Shown one piece after another: positions 46,996 through 56,252 of a stretch of 64,000 nucleotides of DNA (within the stretch, counting starts at the first letter, position 1; each line of letters begins with the position of its first letter). The DNA comes from Acidimicrobiia bacterium (lineage in GTDB: Bacteria > Actinomycetota > Acidimicrobiia > Spongiisociales > UBA11373), in the NCBI GenBank assembly GCA_040882645.1, contig JBBEAX010000068.1, positions 3,230 to 67,229 on the forward strand, given 5' to 3'. The notes beneath the pieces are model-generated. The model had not been told where the DNA came from, made no database searches, and was given only the letters and a program-made list of their open reading frames with translations. Made by a program: the position numbers and the translations under genes.

Positions 46996-48524
46996 CGGGC
47001 GAAGTCGGTGGCGCGCAGCTCGCGGATGACCGTCACCCGGATCTGACCGGGATACTGAAGGTCCTCTTCGAACCGCTTGGAGATTCGCCGGGCAAGATCG
47101 TGAGCGCCGAGATCGTCCACCGAGCCGGGATCGACCACCACTCTCACCTCGCGTCCGGCCTGCATCGCGTATACCCGCTCAACCCCGTCGAACTCCATGG
47201 CGATGGCCTCGAGTTGCTCGAGACGACGAACGTAGGAGTCGACCGCCTCGCGACGGGCTCCGGGGCGGCTGGCGGAAACGGCGTCCGCCGCCTGCACCAC
47301 CACCGCGGTGAGGGTCCGGGGCTCGACTTCGTTGTGGTGGGCCTCGATGCCGTGGACGATCGCGGGGTCTTCACCGAAACGGCGGGCGATCTCGGCGCCC
47401 ACCAGCGCGTGAGAGCCGCCCAACTCATGACTGACGGCCTTCCCGATGTCGTGGAGGAAGGCCGCCCGCTTCGCCTCTTCAGGATTGATGCCGATCTCGG
47501 CCGCCAACATCCCCGCCACCTTGGCCGACTCGATGAGGTGGTGCAGCACGTTCTGGCCGTACGACAGCCGGTACTTGAGCCGGCCAAGCAGTGTCACGAT
47601 CTCGGGATGCACCCGGGAGACCCCGACCTCCAACAACGCCCACTCGCCGGCGTCGCGCACTCCCTGCTCCACCTCCGCCAGGGCCTTCTCGTATGCGTCC
47701 TCGATGGATGACGGGTGAATGCGACCATCGGCGATTAGGCGCTCGAGGGCGATCCGGGCTACCTCACGCCGCACCGGATCGAACGCCGAAATGGCGACCG
47801 CCTCGGGGGTGTCGTCGACGATGATGTTCACCCCTGTGACCGACTCGAAAGCGCGGATGTTGCGACCGTCCCGCCCGATGATGCGGCCCTTCATGTCGTC
47901 CGACGGCAGGGCGACCGTCGATACGGTCGTCTCGGCCACCACTTCCGACGCAAGCCGTTGCACGGCCGTGGCAAGGATCCGTCGGGCTCGCCGGTCGGCC
48001 TCCTCTCGGGCCTTGGTCTCCATGTCGCGCATGAGAACCATCGCATCGCGCCGTGCCTCGTCTTCGACCCGATGCAGCAACTCCTCCTTCGCCGCCCGCG
48101 CATCGACACCGGCGAGCGCTTCGAGTGCTGCCCGTGCCTCCTCACGAAGCGCCTCGACGTCACGGCGCGACGACGAGATGTCACGCTCGCGGTCGAGGAT
48201 CAGGGTTTCGCGCTGCGCAAGATTCGAGGCACGCTGTTCGAGGGTCGCCTCGCGCTGGATGATGCGCTCTTCTTGAGATTCGACCTCGACGCGGCGGTGC
48301 TCGAGAGTCGCCTCTTCGCGCTCGCGATAGGTCTCTGCCTTGGCGCGAGCCTCCTCTTCGGCCCGCTCCAGTATCCGCTGTGAGGAGGTGCGGGCGTCGC
48401 GGACCAATAGGTCGGCCGTCGTCGCGGCCCGGCCGAGGCTTCTTCGCTGAAGCCAGCGGCCTATGAGAATTCCGGCGCCGAGCGCCACGATCCCGGCGAT
48501 CGAACCGATCACCGCGGTGGCCAT
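46992..48524 (-). CDS. rny: Ribonuclease Y
   Basis: Has an N-terminal TM helix (MATAVIGSIAGIVALGAGILIG), a coiled coil, a KH domain (GRIIGRDGRNIRAFE) and an HD domain (..FLHDIGKA..). ATG 48522-48524 is preceded by GGAAGGAG. Confidence 0.92.
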   Translation of the reverse strand: MATAVIGSIAGIVALGAGILIGRWLQRRSLGRAATTADLLVRDARTSSQRILERAEEEARAKAETYREREEATLEHRRVEVESQEERIIQREATLEQRASNLAQRETLILDRERDISSSRRDVEALREEARAALEALAGVDARAAKEELLHRVEDEARRDAMVLMRDMETKAREEADRRARRILATAVQRLASEVVAETTVSTVALPSDDMKGRIIGRDGRNIRAFESVTGVNIIVDDTPEAVAISAFDPVRREVARIALERLIADGRIHPSSIEDAYEKALAEVEQGVRDAGEWALLEVGVSRVHPEIVTLLGRLKYRLSYGQNVLHHLIESAKVAGMLAAEIGINPEEAKRAAFLHDIGKAVSHELGGSHALVGAEIARRFGEDPAIVHGIEAHHNEVEPRTLTAVVVQAADAVSASRPGARREAVDSYVRRLEQLEAIAMEFDGVERVYAMQAGREVRVVVDPGSVDDLGAHDLARRISKRFEEDLQYPGQIRVTVIRELRATDFAR

Positions 48525-48719
48525 GATTCTCCTTCCGGCCGACCCCGCCGGACGAACTGCGCGCCGAACCACCTGGCTCGACGCGCACCCTCAGACCCAG
48601 TCATCCACAGACTCGGTCGATCACACCTCCCGGCAGGGCCGCAACTTCAGAACGTTCTGTTTCAAATGCGTGTGCGCGTTGGGAGGTAATCGTACCGCGC
48701 CCCGGCCGATCCGCCAGGA

Positions 48720-51110
48720 TCAGTCTTCCGGAATGTCGTCGATGGAGATTTTCTCCACCGAACCCTTCGCCTTTGCCGGAGCAACGGAGTCGTCGTCGGA
48801 CTCCACATCATCCTCGTCGAACGACTCCATCACCTTGCCGGCGAGACCGACCGCCTCGAGCACTCGAGCCTGGAGCTGCATGGCAATCTCCGGGTTCTCC
48901 TTGAGAAAGCGCTTGGCGTTCTCCCGGCCCTGGCCGAGTTGATCGTCCTCATACGTGTACCAGGCACCGCTCTTGCGGACCACGTCCTGTTCCACCGCCA
49001 CATCGAGGAGGCTTCCCTCCCGGGAGATGCCGGTGCCGAACATGATGTCGAACTCGGCCTTGCGGAAAGGCGAAGCCACCTTGTTCTTGACCACCTTGGC
49101 GACCACCCGGTTGCCGATCGATTCCTGCCCGTCCTTGATCGTCTGGATACGACGAACCTCGATCCGGACCGACGAGTAGAACTTCAGCGCCCTCCCCCCG
49201 GGGGTCGTTTCGGGAGACCCGAATAGGACTCCGATTTTTTCCCGAATTTGGTTGATGAAGACGGCGGTGGTGTGCGAGCGGTTGATCGAACCGGCCAACT
49301 TGCGCAACGCCTGCGACATCAGGCGGGCCTGGAGGCCCATGTGGGTGTCGCCCATCTCGCCCTCGATCTCGGCCCGGGGGGTGAGGGCGGCCACCGAGTC
49401 GATGATGATCACATCGAGCGAGCCCGAGCGGATCAGCATGTCGGTGATCTCCAGAGCCTGCTCGCCGGTGTCCGGCTGCGAGATCAGCAACTCGTCCACA
49501 TCGACCCCGAGGGCCGATGCGTAGCTCGGATCGAGGGCGTGCTCGGCATCGATGAAAGCGGCAATACCGCCGTTGCGCTGGGCCTCGGCGGCGATATGGA
49601 GGGCGAGCGTGGTGTTGTGGGAAAGGACCCCGTTGGCGACGAAGCTATGGGTACCGGGCAGCACCACGTCGAAGGTCGGCTTGGAGCCGGGCGCTTCAAT
49701 CGAGACCACCTCCTCGTACGTGTACTCGGCAGTGGCGAGATGGCGCAAGTACTCCAGGATGAACTGGCCGGTCGGGGGCAGAGACGCTTCTCGCTCCTCG
49801 GCCCATGCCACGATCTTCCCGAGTCGCTGCCGCGAGCAGGAGAGGGCCATGTCGCCGCGGAACAGGTCGCCGGCGGCGCGGTCAAAGGCGCGGTCGCCTC
49901 CAACGCTATCGCGCAACGCCTTCACCAGATCCGCCACTCCGGGGATGTTCTCGACCTGAGCATCACGCGGTGACTTCTTGAAGTTCGCCGCTACCTGCCC
50001 ACTACGACGCGCCGACCGAAAGCCGATCCGCTCGATGAAGCGGTGGGCCACAGCCGGGTTGATGGTGACCGTCCAGTAGTCGCGCTGGTAGTCGGAGTTC
50101 CACTTGGCGCTCAGCGTCGCCGGGATCCCGAATCCATACAGGAGAAGCTGGACCTCCCGGGCGAGCTGCTCAGATGCGGAGGCGAACCCCACGGTCGAGC
50201 TGGGATCGATCCAGCCGTCGCCTTCGAACAATGCGGACAGGAATGCCCGCTGAGCCTTGATACCTGAGGTGCGGACGCATGGCGGCACCTTCTTCCCTGC
50301 GGCGTTCACGAAGTCGAGCCCATACTCCTCGGCAAATCGTGCCCGGAGGGCCTTGCTGAACACCACGTATTCCTGGTCGTTGTAAACCTTGACCGTGGCG
50401 CCGAAGCGCTGCTCCATGATCGCGGTGAACTCAGCGCCAACCTGGGCATCCTGGTTGGTGAAGCGAATCGAGTTCTGCTGACCCAGCGTGCCCTCGGCGA
50501 CCAGGTATCCGATCAGAACCGCCTCATCCTCGGACAGGCCATCGCCGTGTGCCGCCTGCTCGCTGCCGAATGCCGCCGACACCACCACGTCACCTTCGAT
50601 GATGGCCCCGGCGTTGCGCCAGACGATGAACCCGGCCTCGTCGATGACCCGCAGCGGATGATTCTCCGTGACCTCGATCGAGCGGCCCGAACGGAGGGTG
50701 ATTCGCAGAACCGGCCGGAGGTTGTTGTGAGTGAGGGCCGCTACCGGCTCAAGCTCGCCCTGCTCGTTGACCATTCGCACACCGAGATCTGCAATATCGG
50801 TGACCCGACTGGTGCACGAGGCGGCCTGCCCGCATCGCTCGAACAGCTCCCCGACCGTCTCCAACCCATGGTCGGTCCACAGGTAAGTGTCTGCAGTCAG
50901 GCACTTGCCGCCGCTTTCCGGGCCGTAGATCTCGACGATACGGCCGCGGGGAACGCCTCCGATACCCAATGCGAGGTCGAGCGACAGGGCACCCGTGGGG
51001 ATCGCCTCGATCTTCACGATGTTGTCGGTGCCGAGCCGCATGATCGCGCCCTTGCCGAACTGGCGCTCGATCTGCGAGAGGGCCATCTCGAGGGACTTGT
51101 CTCGTTCCAC
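48720..51110 (-). CDS. recA: RecA recombinase precursor interrupted by a 430-aa intein
   Basis: The exteins (69 + 297 aa) join to give a normal RecA: ..[12 protein letters not shown]|TTLALH.. (Walker A), IIIDSVAAL (Walker B) and ..[11 protein letters not shown]... It has a GTG start. Confidence 0.95.
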   Translation of the reverse strand: MERDKSLEMALSQIERQFGKGAIMRLGTDNIVKIEAIPTGALSLDLALGIGGVPRGRIVEIYGPESGGKCLTADTYLWTDHGLETVGELFERCGQAASCTSRVTDIADLGVRMVNEQGELEPVAALTHNNLRPVLRITLRSGRSIEVTENHPLRVIDEAGFIVWRNAGAIIEGDVVVSAAFGSEQAAHGDGLSEDEAVLIGYLVAEGTLGQQNSIRFTNQDAQVGAEFTAIMEQRFGATVKVYNDQEYVVFSKALRARFAEEYGLDFVNAAGKKVPPCVRTSGIKAQRAFLSALFEGDGWIDPSSTVGFASASEQLAREVQLLLYGFGIPATLSAKWNSDYQRDYWTVTINPAVAHRFIERIGFRSARRSGQVAANFKKSPRDAQVENIPGVADLVKALRDSVGGDRAFDRAAGDLFRGDMALSCSRQRLGKIVAWAEEREASLPPTGQFILEYLRHLATAEYTYEEVVSIEAPGSKPTFDVVLPGTHSFVANGVLSHNTTLALHIAAEAQRNGGIAAFIDAEHALDPSYASALGVDVDELLISQPDTGEQALEITDMLIRSGSLDVIIIDSVAALTPRAEIEGEMGDTHMGLQARLMSQALRKLAGSINRSHTTAVFINQIREKIGVLFGSPETTPGGRALKFYSSVRIEVRRIQTIKDGQESIGNRVVAKVVKNKVASPFRKAEFDIMFGTGISREGSLLDVAVEQDVVRKSGAWYTYEDDQLGQGRENAKRFLKENPEIAMQLQARVLEAVGLAGKVMESFDEDDVESDDDSVAPAKAKGSVEKISIDDIPED
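49614..50903 (-). mobile_element. Intein with LAGLIDADG homing-endonuclease domain, inserted in the RecA P-loop between GPESGGK and TTL
   Basis: Begins CLTADTYLW (block A Cys1) and has ..VTENHPL.. (block B TxxH). LAGLIDADG-type blocks are ..[11 protein letters not shown].. and ..[12 protein letters not shown]... It ends ..[11 protein letters not shown] followed by +1 Thr. Confidence 0.9.
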
Positions 51111-51218
51111 CTTCGGACTCCTTTGGTGATGATGCGGCCGACGCTACGCCGGACCTGTGACACATCCGGGAGAGAATTACATCAATGGTATCTCAATCGG
51201 GCTGACGGTGACAGTAGA

Positions 51219-51232
51219 CGAACACATGTTCG
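51219..51232. promoter_or_regulatory. LexA (SOS) box upstream of recA
   Basis: CGAACACATGTTCG is a perfect palindromic CGAAC-N4-GTTCG lying about 110 nt upstream of the recA GTG (51110). Confidence 0.8.
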
Positions 51233-51260
51233 ATTACAAGGATGAGGCCGGATGAAGCCC

Positions 51261-51433
51261 GCGATAAGCAATACGCGATAAGCGATACGAAGGAAGCGGT
51301 CTGAGCCACCGCGGGCGGTATGGACGCCTCTGTCGTATCGCGTATCCAGAGACGGGTGAAGGCACCGCGAACAGGTCTGACGCCCTCTGTCGTCTTGCGT
51401 ATCGCGTATCGCGTATCGCGTATTGCGAATTGC
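51261..51433. repeat. Composite heptad-array element between the thpR stop and the recA SOS box
   Basis: GCGATAA GCAATAC GCGATAA GCGATAC lies at 51261-51288. A mini copy, CTGTC GTATCGC GTATCC, lies at 51330-51347. CTGTC GTCTTGC (GTATCGC)x3 GTATTGC GAATTGC lies at 51387-51433. The outer arrays are inverted relative to each other. Confidence 0.9.
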
Positions 51434-51438
51434 GCTTC

Positions 51439-51975
51439 CTACAGCCCGAATTCGTCGACGATCGAGTAGGCGGCCCCTCCCCGTCCCAGTCGGCTCTGGA
51501 AGAGCGCGAGGCGGTCGACCTTCATCGGCACGGTCGGCAACGGCTCCCCACCAACCACGAGGCTCACATCCTCGGGCGGCCGAATCCGGGCGATCGTGAG
51601 GTGGGGGCGGAACGGACGGTCCTCGGGAGGAAACCCGGCATCGTCGAGAGCCAGCTCCGTCGCCATCCACAGAGAGCGCAACTCGTCGGCGCCCCGGGGG
51701 ATCCCCACCCACAGCACCGAAGCGCGTGTTGGACGGGGAAACGCCCCCAGCCCGCCCCAGGCCATGGTGAACGGACCGCCCAGGTCGACGCGGTCGAGCG
51801 AGTGGCGGATCCGGTCGACTTGGACCTCGTCGACCTCACCGAGAAAACGCAGGGTGAGATGCCACTTCTGAGGGTCGACGGCGCCGCCCGGAATCTCGGG
51901 AACCCGCTCGGCCACCACATGTGCCAGCCGGTGGCGGGTCTCCTCATCGAGGGGGACCGCCACGAACACCCGCAT
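51439..51975 (-). CDS. thpR: RNA 2',3'-cyclic phosphodiesterase (2H phosphoesterase, LigT/ThpR family)
   Basis: Starts MRVFVAVPL.. and has two HxT motifs (WHLTLRF, PHLTIAR). The ATG overlaps the cinA stop by 1 nt. The ORF-track N-terminal extension reads through cinA sequence. Confidence 0.85.
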   Translation of the reverse strand: MRVFVAVPLDEETRHRLAHVVAERVPEIPGGAVDPQKWHLTLRFLGEVDEVQVDRIRHSLDRVDLGGPFTMAWGGLGAFPRPTRASVLWVGIPRGADELRSLWMATELALDDAGFPPEDRPFRPHLTIARIRPPEDVSLVVGGEPLPTVPMKVDRLALFQSRLGRGGAAYSIVDEFGL

Positions 51976-53225
51976 CAGGTCGGCCACCACTCCCCCGTCA
52001 CCGCCAGTCGCAGGAGGTGGAGCGCGGTCGTCGTGCTGTAGGCGCGGACCCGCTCCCGATCCCCGGGAAAGGTGAGCAGCCGCGCCTGGGCCCGCTCGGG
52101 GGTGCGCACTGCGAAGACCATGGTCCCCGGCCGGTGTTCGAGCGGGTCCGGCCCGGCGGACCCGGTCACCGCCACCACGACATCGGCCCCGAGTCGTTCT
52201 GCAGCCCCTGCGGCCATCGCCAGGGCGGTCTCCTCGCTGACCAGTCCGTGATCGTCCATCAGGCCGGCCGGCACCCCGAGCAGCGCCTCCTTGGCACCGC
52301 GGGTGTATGCCACCACCGAGCCAAGGAACGTTTCGGAGGCGCCGGGCACCGCGGTGATTGCGGCCGCCACCAGGCCGCCCGTCGCCGACTCGGCAGTGGC
52401 GAGCGACCAGCCGCGCTCGGCACACCGCGCCAGGACGATCCGCTCCACGGTGTCCTCATCGGCCCCGAAGACCATCGGGCCAAGACGCCGGCGGATCTCG
52501 GCATCGATCGGGTCGATGAGGCGCGCGGCCTCCTCTCTCGTTTCGGCGCGGGCCGTGAGCCGCAGCTTGATCTCGCCGCCCGAAGCGAGAAAGGCGAGCG
52601 TCGGGTTCTCGCTTTCCTCGTACAAATCGGCCAGGACCACCGCGATCCGCGACTCCGACTCACCCCAGGTCCGCAGCAGGCGGCTCGCGATGACGCCGCG
52701 ATCGTCGCCGGCCCGGGCGGCAATGAACGGGATCACGTCGGAGTGGAGCATCGGGCGCATCTCCTCGGGGACCCCGGGAAGGGCGAACACCCAGCACGAC
52801 CCGATCTGCATCCGCAGCCCCGGTGCGGTCCCTTTGGGATTGGGTATCAGCACCGATCCTTCGGGATGCTCGGCCTGACGCAGGTTGGTTTCGGGCATTT
52901 CCCGACCCCGTCGCGCCCAGATCGCCCGCAGGCGCTCGGCGTGCTCCTCGTCGAATTCCATCGCCACCCCGGCGCAGACCGCCAGGGCCTCACGGGTGAG
53001 ATCGTCCTGGGTGGGGCCGAGACCGCCGGTGATCACCAGGGCGTCCGAGCGGGCGACCGACTCCGTCAACGCCGCAGTGAGGCGCGGCAGGTTGTCGCCG
53101 ACGACGCCCTGCCGGTAGTGGGTCAGCCCGGCGTCGGCGAGAAGGCTGCCGATCTCCGCACCGTTGCCGTTGACGATCTGCCCCAAAAGGAGCTCGGTGC
53201 CCACGGCGAGAACTTCGACGATCAC
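51975..53225 (-). CDS. cinA: CinA-family protein (MoCF-type domain + nicotinamide-nucleotide amidohydrolase PncC domain)
   Basis: ..VIVEVLAVGTELLLGQIVNGN.., ..LVITGGLGPTQDD.. and a C-terminal ..ESATGG....GS.. domain. GTG 53223-53225 follows GGAGG and overlaps the rimO stop (GTGA). Confidence 0.88.
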   Translation of the reverse strand: MIVEVLAVGTELLLGQIVNGNGAEIGSLLADAGLTHYRQGVVGDNLPRLTAALTESVARSDALVITGGLGPTQDDLTREALAVCAGVAMEFDEEHAERLRAIWARRGREMPETNLRQAEHPEGSVLIPNPKGTAPGLRMQIGSCWVFALPGVPEEMRPMLHSDVIPFIAARAGDDRGVIASRLLRTWGESESRIAVVLADLYEESENPTLAFLASGGEIKLRLTARAETREEAARLIDPIDAEIRRRLGPMVFGADEDTVERIVLARCAERGWSLATAESATGGLVAAAITAVPGASETFLGSVVAYTRGAKEALLGVPAGLMDDHGLVSEETALAMAAGAAERLGADVVVAVTGSAGPDPLEHRPGTMVFAVRTPERAQARLLTFPGDRERVRAYSTTTALHLLRLAVTGEWWPT

Positions 53226-54529
53226 ATGACCTCCGCCATCAGGTCTGATCCGTAGGTGGCGGTGACCCGGGCGCGCAGCCACTCCCCGGGGAATCCGCGG
53301 TCGAGCAGCACCACCCCGTCGATCTCGGGCGCCTCTCGATACGACCGCGCCACCGGCGTGCCGTCCTCCACCTGGTCGACGACCACATCCAGCACCCGAC
53401 CGACCTGCTCGGCGCCGCGGCGAGCGGTGATCTCCTCCTGCACTTCCTGAAGGCGGCGGGTCCGTTCGGCGGCATCCACGCCGTCGACCTGATCGGGCAG
53501 GTCGGCCGCCGGGGTCCCCTCCTCCGCCGAATAGGGGAAGAACCCTCCCCAGTCGAGTTCGGCATCGACCAGGAACTGTTCGAGCAGGTCGACATCCGCC
53601 TCCGTCTCCCCGGGGAACCCGACGATGAACGACGACCGGAAGGCGGCATCGGGAGCCGCCAGGCGGATCTGCCGGATCAGCTCGAGGTGGCGGACACCGT
53701 CACCGGGTCGGCGCATCGCCCGCAGCAGGCGGCCCGACGCGTGTTGCAGGCTGAGGTCGAAATACGGCGTCACCACCGGATTCGAGGTCATTTCTTCGAT
53801 CAGCCCCGGCGTGATCTCCCGGGGATACAGATAGAGCAGCCGAAGGGCTCGCAGGCCGTCGACATCCGACACGAAGCGGAGCAGATCGACGATGCCGCCG
53901 GGGGCTTCGATGTCCCGCCCGTACGCCGCCAGATCCTGTGCCACGAGCACGATCTCCCCCACCCCGGCGGCGGCCAAGCCGGCGATCTCCTCCCGGATGC
54001 CCACCGGCGGCCGAGAGCGCTGCTTGCCCCGAAACGAGGGGATGGCGCAGAACGAACAGGTCTTGTCGCAGCCTTCGGCCACCTTCACGTACGCGTAAGG
54101 CGTCGTCGGAGTGGGTCGCCGCACCTCGTAGAGGATGTCCATCGGGCTGACCCGCAGCCGCAGCGGTGACCAGCCGGTGAGCCGGTCGAGGTCGGCGATC
54201 AATTCCCCATACCGCTCCATTCCCAGCACGGCATCGGCTTCCGGGAGGGATTCGGCGAGCTCCGCCTGGTAGCGCTGGGCCATGCAGCCCAAAACGACCA
54301 GGCTGGCGTCGGAACGCTTCCGGTCGGCATGCTCGAGGATCGTGTCGATCGACTCGCGCCGGGCCGCCTCGATGAAGGCGCAGGTGTTGACCATGACCAC
54401 GTCGGCAGTCTCCGGCGACTCGGCGACGGCGTACCCGAATTCGCCGAGCCGTGCTTCGAGCTTGTCGGAATCGACCTGGTTCTTGGCGCAGCCGAGCGTG
54501 GTGAGCCAGACGGACGGGGCGGCCTTCAC
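53222..54529 (-). CDS. rimO: Ribosomal protein S12 methylthiotransferase
   Basis: ..VWLTTLGCAKNQVDSD.., the radical-SAM CDKTCSFC motif and a TRAM C-terminus. GTG 54527-54529 overlaps the upstream stop. The ORF-track N-terminal extension is Arg/Pro-rich noise. Confidence 0.9.
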   Translation of the reverse strand: MKAAPSVWLTTLGCAKNQVDSDKLEARLGEFGYAVAESPETADVVMVNTCAFIEAARRESIDTILEHADRKRSDASLVVLGCMAQRYQAELAESLPEADAVLGMERYGELIADLDRLTGWSPLRLRVSPMDILYEVRRPTPTTPYAYVKVAEGCDKTCSFCAIPSFRGKQRSRPPVGIREEIAGLAAAGVGEIVLVAQDLAAYGRDIEAPGGIVDLLRFVSDVDGLRALRLLYLYPREITPGLIEEMTSNPVVTPYFDLSLQHASGRLLRAMRRPGDGVRHLELIRQIRLAAPDAAFRSSFIVGFPGETEADVDLLEQFLVDAELDWGGFFPYSAEEGTPAADLPDQVDGVDAAERTRRLQEVQEEITARRGAEQVGRVLDVVVDQVEDGTPVARSYREAPEIDGVVLLDRGFPGEWLRARVTATYGSDLMAEVM

Positions 54530-55041
54530 GGGGTCTCGCTCCGCAAGTAACGGCCCCGGAAGTACTGCAGGGGCCGGCTCACGTCGGACAGGTCGACGCG
54601 GTCGACGATCCCGTCGACCAGGGCGTAGATCTCGGTCTCGGTGTGGCCGATGAATCGACAGAAGGCCCGGGTCCCCACCGCAGGGATCAGCGGGCCCCAA
54701 TCGGTGTCGACCGGGTCGAGCCCGGCGAACAACCCTCCGGGGCTGGGGCGGATACCGGCGAAGCGGTCCGAGATCTCGCGGTGCTCTTCCTCGAGCACAT
54801 GGACGATGAAATGGCCCGACGCCACGATGGCGCTCCATAAGTCGGTGGCGGTGCCGCACAGAAAGATCACATGGGACGGCTCCCCTTCGGCGACGACCAG
54901 CGAGGACACGGTGAGGCCACTGTGGTTCCCCGGCCCTCCAGCGGTGATCACCGTGACGGGCGCGGCGAGCCGGCCCCGGAATCGTCGAACCGGGTCACGC
55001 ATGTCTTCGGGGTCTGCAAACGGATGCTCGTCGTGAATCAC
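54526..55041 (-). CDS. Flavin reductase-like domain protein
   Basis: ..FRGRLAAPVTVITAG......GLTVSS..... fits the flavin reductase/FMN-binding split-barrel pattern. The start is uncertain. The ORF-track TTG at 55089 lies inside a heptad array, so GTG 55041 is suggested instead. Confidence 0.65.
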   Translation of the reverse strand: MIHDEHPFADPEDMRDPVRRFRGRLAAPVTVITAGGPGNHSGLTVSSLVVAEGEPSHVIFLCGTATDLWSAIVASGHFIVHVLEEEHREISDRFAGIRPSPGGLFAGLDPVDTDWGPLIPAVGTRAFCRFIGHTETEIYALVDGIVDRVDLSDVSRPLQYFRGRYLRSETP

Positions 55042-55068
55042 GAGGGCAAACCGTAGCGACGGCGGAAA

Positions 55069-55117
55069 GAGCCAAGAGCCAAGAGTCAAGAATCAAGAGG
55101 TAAGCGGTAAGAGGCAA
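55069..55117. repeat. Seven purine-rich heptads (GAGCCAA GAGCCAA GAGTCAA GAATCAA GAGGTAA GCGGTAA GAGGCAA) in a divergent promoter region
   Basis: A strict 7-nt period read directly from the sequence. No inverted partner lies nearby. Confidence 0.85.
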
Positions 55118-55180
55118 GCGCCCGCACTGAGGCGCGTGCGCTGCTCTGGGTTGTTGCCCGGCGGGGCGGCCTCGGCGATC

Positions 55181-55954
55181 ATGCCGCCAGTGCTTCTTCG
55201 CCAAGAACTCCGGGTCGCGCTCGAAGCCGCCGATGCCGCCGACGCGGTCACCGCGCTCAGGTTTCGGGCGCACGACCTCGCCGTGGATGTGAAGTCCGAC
55301 GCGACTCCCGTATCAGAAGCCGACCGCAACGCCGAGCAGGCCATCCGCCGGGTGCTCGAGCGGGCCTTTCCCGCCGACGCCATCCTCGGCGAGGAGTACG
55401 GCGAGGGGTCGGGCGCCGGACGCCGGTGGATCGTCGACCCGATCGACGCCACGGTCAACTACATCCGGGGGGTACCGGTGTGGGGCACCTTGATCGCCCT
55501 CGAGGCCGACGGGGAGATCGTCGTCGGCGTGGTGTCGGCGCCGGCCCTGGGCGCCCGCTGGTGGGCCGCCCGCGGCAGCGGGGCTTGGCACAACGCCTCG
55601 AGGATCACGGTTTCGACGGTGGGTTCGCTCGCCGACGCCCACCTCTCGTTCAACTCGCTGGTCTCCTGCGAGACAGCCGGCTTCGGGGATGAGGCGCGCG
55701 AACTGTCCCGTAGCTGTGGCCGGACCCGGGGTTTCGGTGACTTCTGGTCGTTCATGCTGCTCGCCGAAGGCGCCGTCGATGTGGTGGTCGAGCCGGTCGC
55801 CGCCATCTGGGATCTCGCCCCACTCCAGGTGATCGTCGAGGAGGCCGGGGGGCGGATGACCGATCGCGGCGGTCGCCGGGCGATCGATGGCGGCGATGCG
55901 GTGGCCACCAACGGACTGCTTCACGACGCGGTCATGGCGATCGTTGGTTCCTGA
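55181..55954 (+). CDS. hisN: Inositol-monophosphatase-family protein, probably histidinol-phosphatase HisN
   Basis: ..ATPVSEADRNAE.., ..GEE.. and ..WIVDPIDAT.NY..G.P.W.TLIAL.. are IMPase motifs. The HisN call comes from similarity to the actinobacterial type and is not certain. Confidence 0.7.
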   Translation: MPPVLLRQELRVALEAADAADAVTALRFRAHDLAVDVKSDATPVSEADRNAEQAIRRVLERAFPADAILGEEYGEGSGAGRRWIVDPIDATVNYIRGVPVWGTLIALEADGEIVVGVVSAPALGARWWAARGSGAWHNASRITVSTVGSLADAHLSFNSLVSCETAGFGDEARELSRSCGRTRGFGDFWSFMLLAEGAVDVVVEPVAAIWDLAPLQVIVEEAGGRMTDRGGRRAIDGGDAVATNGLLHDAVMAIVGS

Positions 55955-55969
55955 ACGGTCGATGGACCG

Positions 55970-56248
55970 CTAGGCGTTCTCGGCGGCGAGATCTGCCACC
56001 GCTTGTAGCGGTCCCGGGCCAAGCGTGGCCGACAGGCGCTGCCATGCAGACCGCGACACGGCACCCGCAGTGTCGATCTCGGTGGCGGCGGAATCGACCG
56101 CTTCGACGAGTCCGGTGAACGCACCTACCTGATCGAGCTCGGCGGCGCGCTCGGCCGCCTCGCTCGCCTTCGCCGGGTCGCCGTCCTTGAGCGCTTGCAG
56201 AGCCTGTTCGGCTGCGGTCAGCGCCCGGCGTTGCTGGTGACCGTCCAA
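55970..56248 (-). CDS. Hypothetical 92-aa helical protein
   Basis: The ATG lies 4 nt after the E2 stop on the same strand. The product is Ala/Glu-rich and helical, with GC3-rich codons. Confidence 0.45.
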   Translation of the reverse strand: MDGHQQRRALTAAEQALQALKDGDPAKASEAAERAAELDQVGAFTGLVEAVDSAATEIDTAGAVSRSAWQRLSATLGPGPLQAVADLAAENA

Positions 56249-56252
56249 CTGC

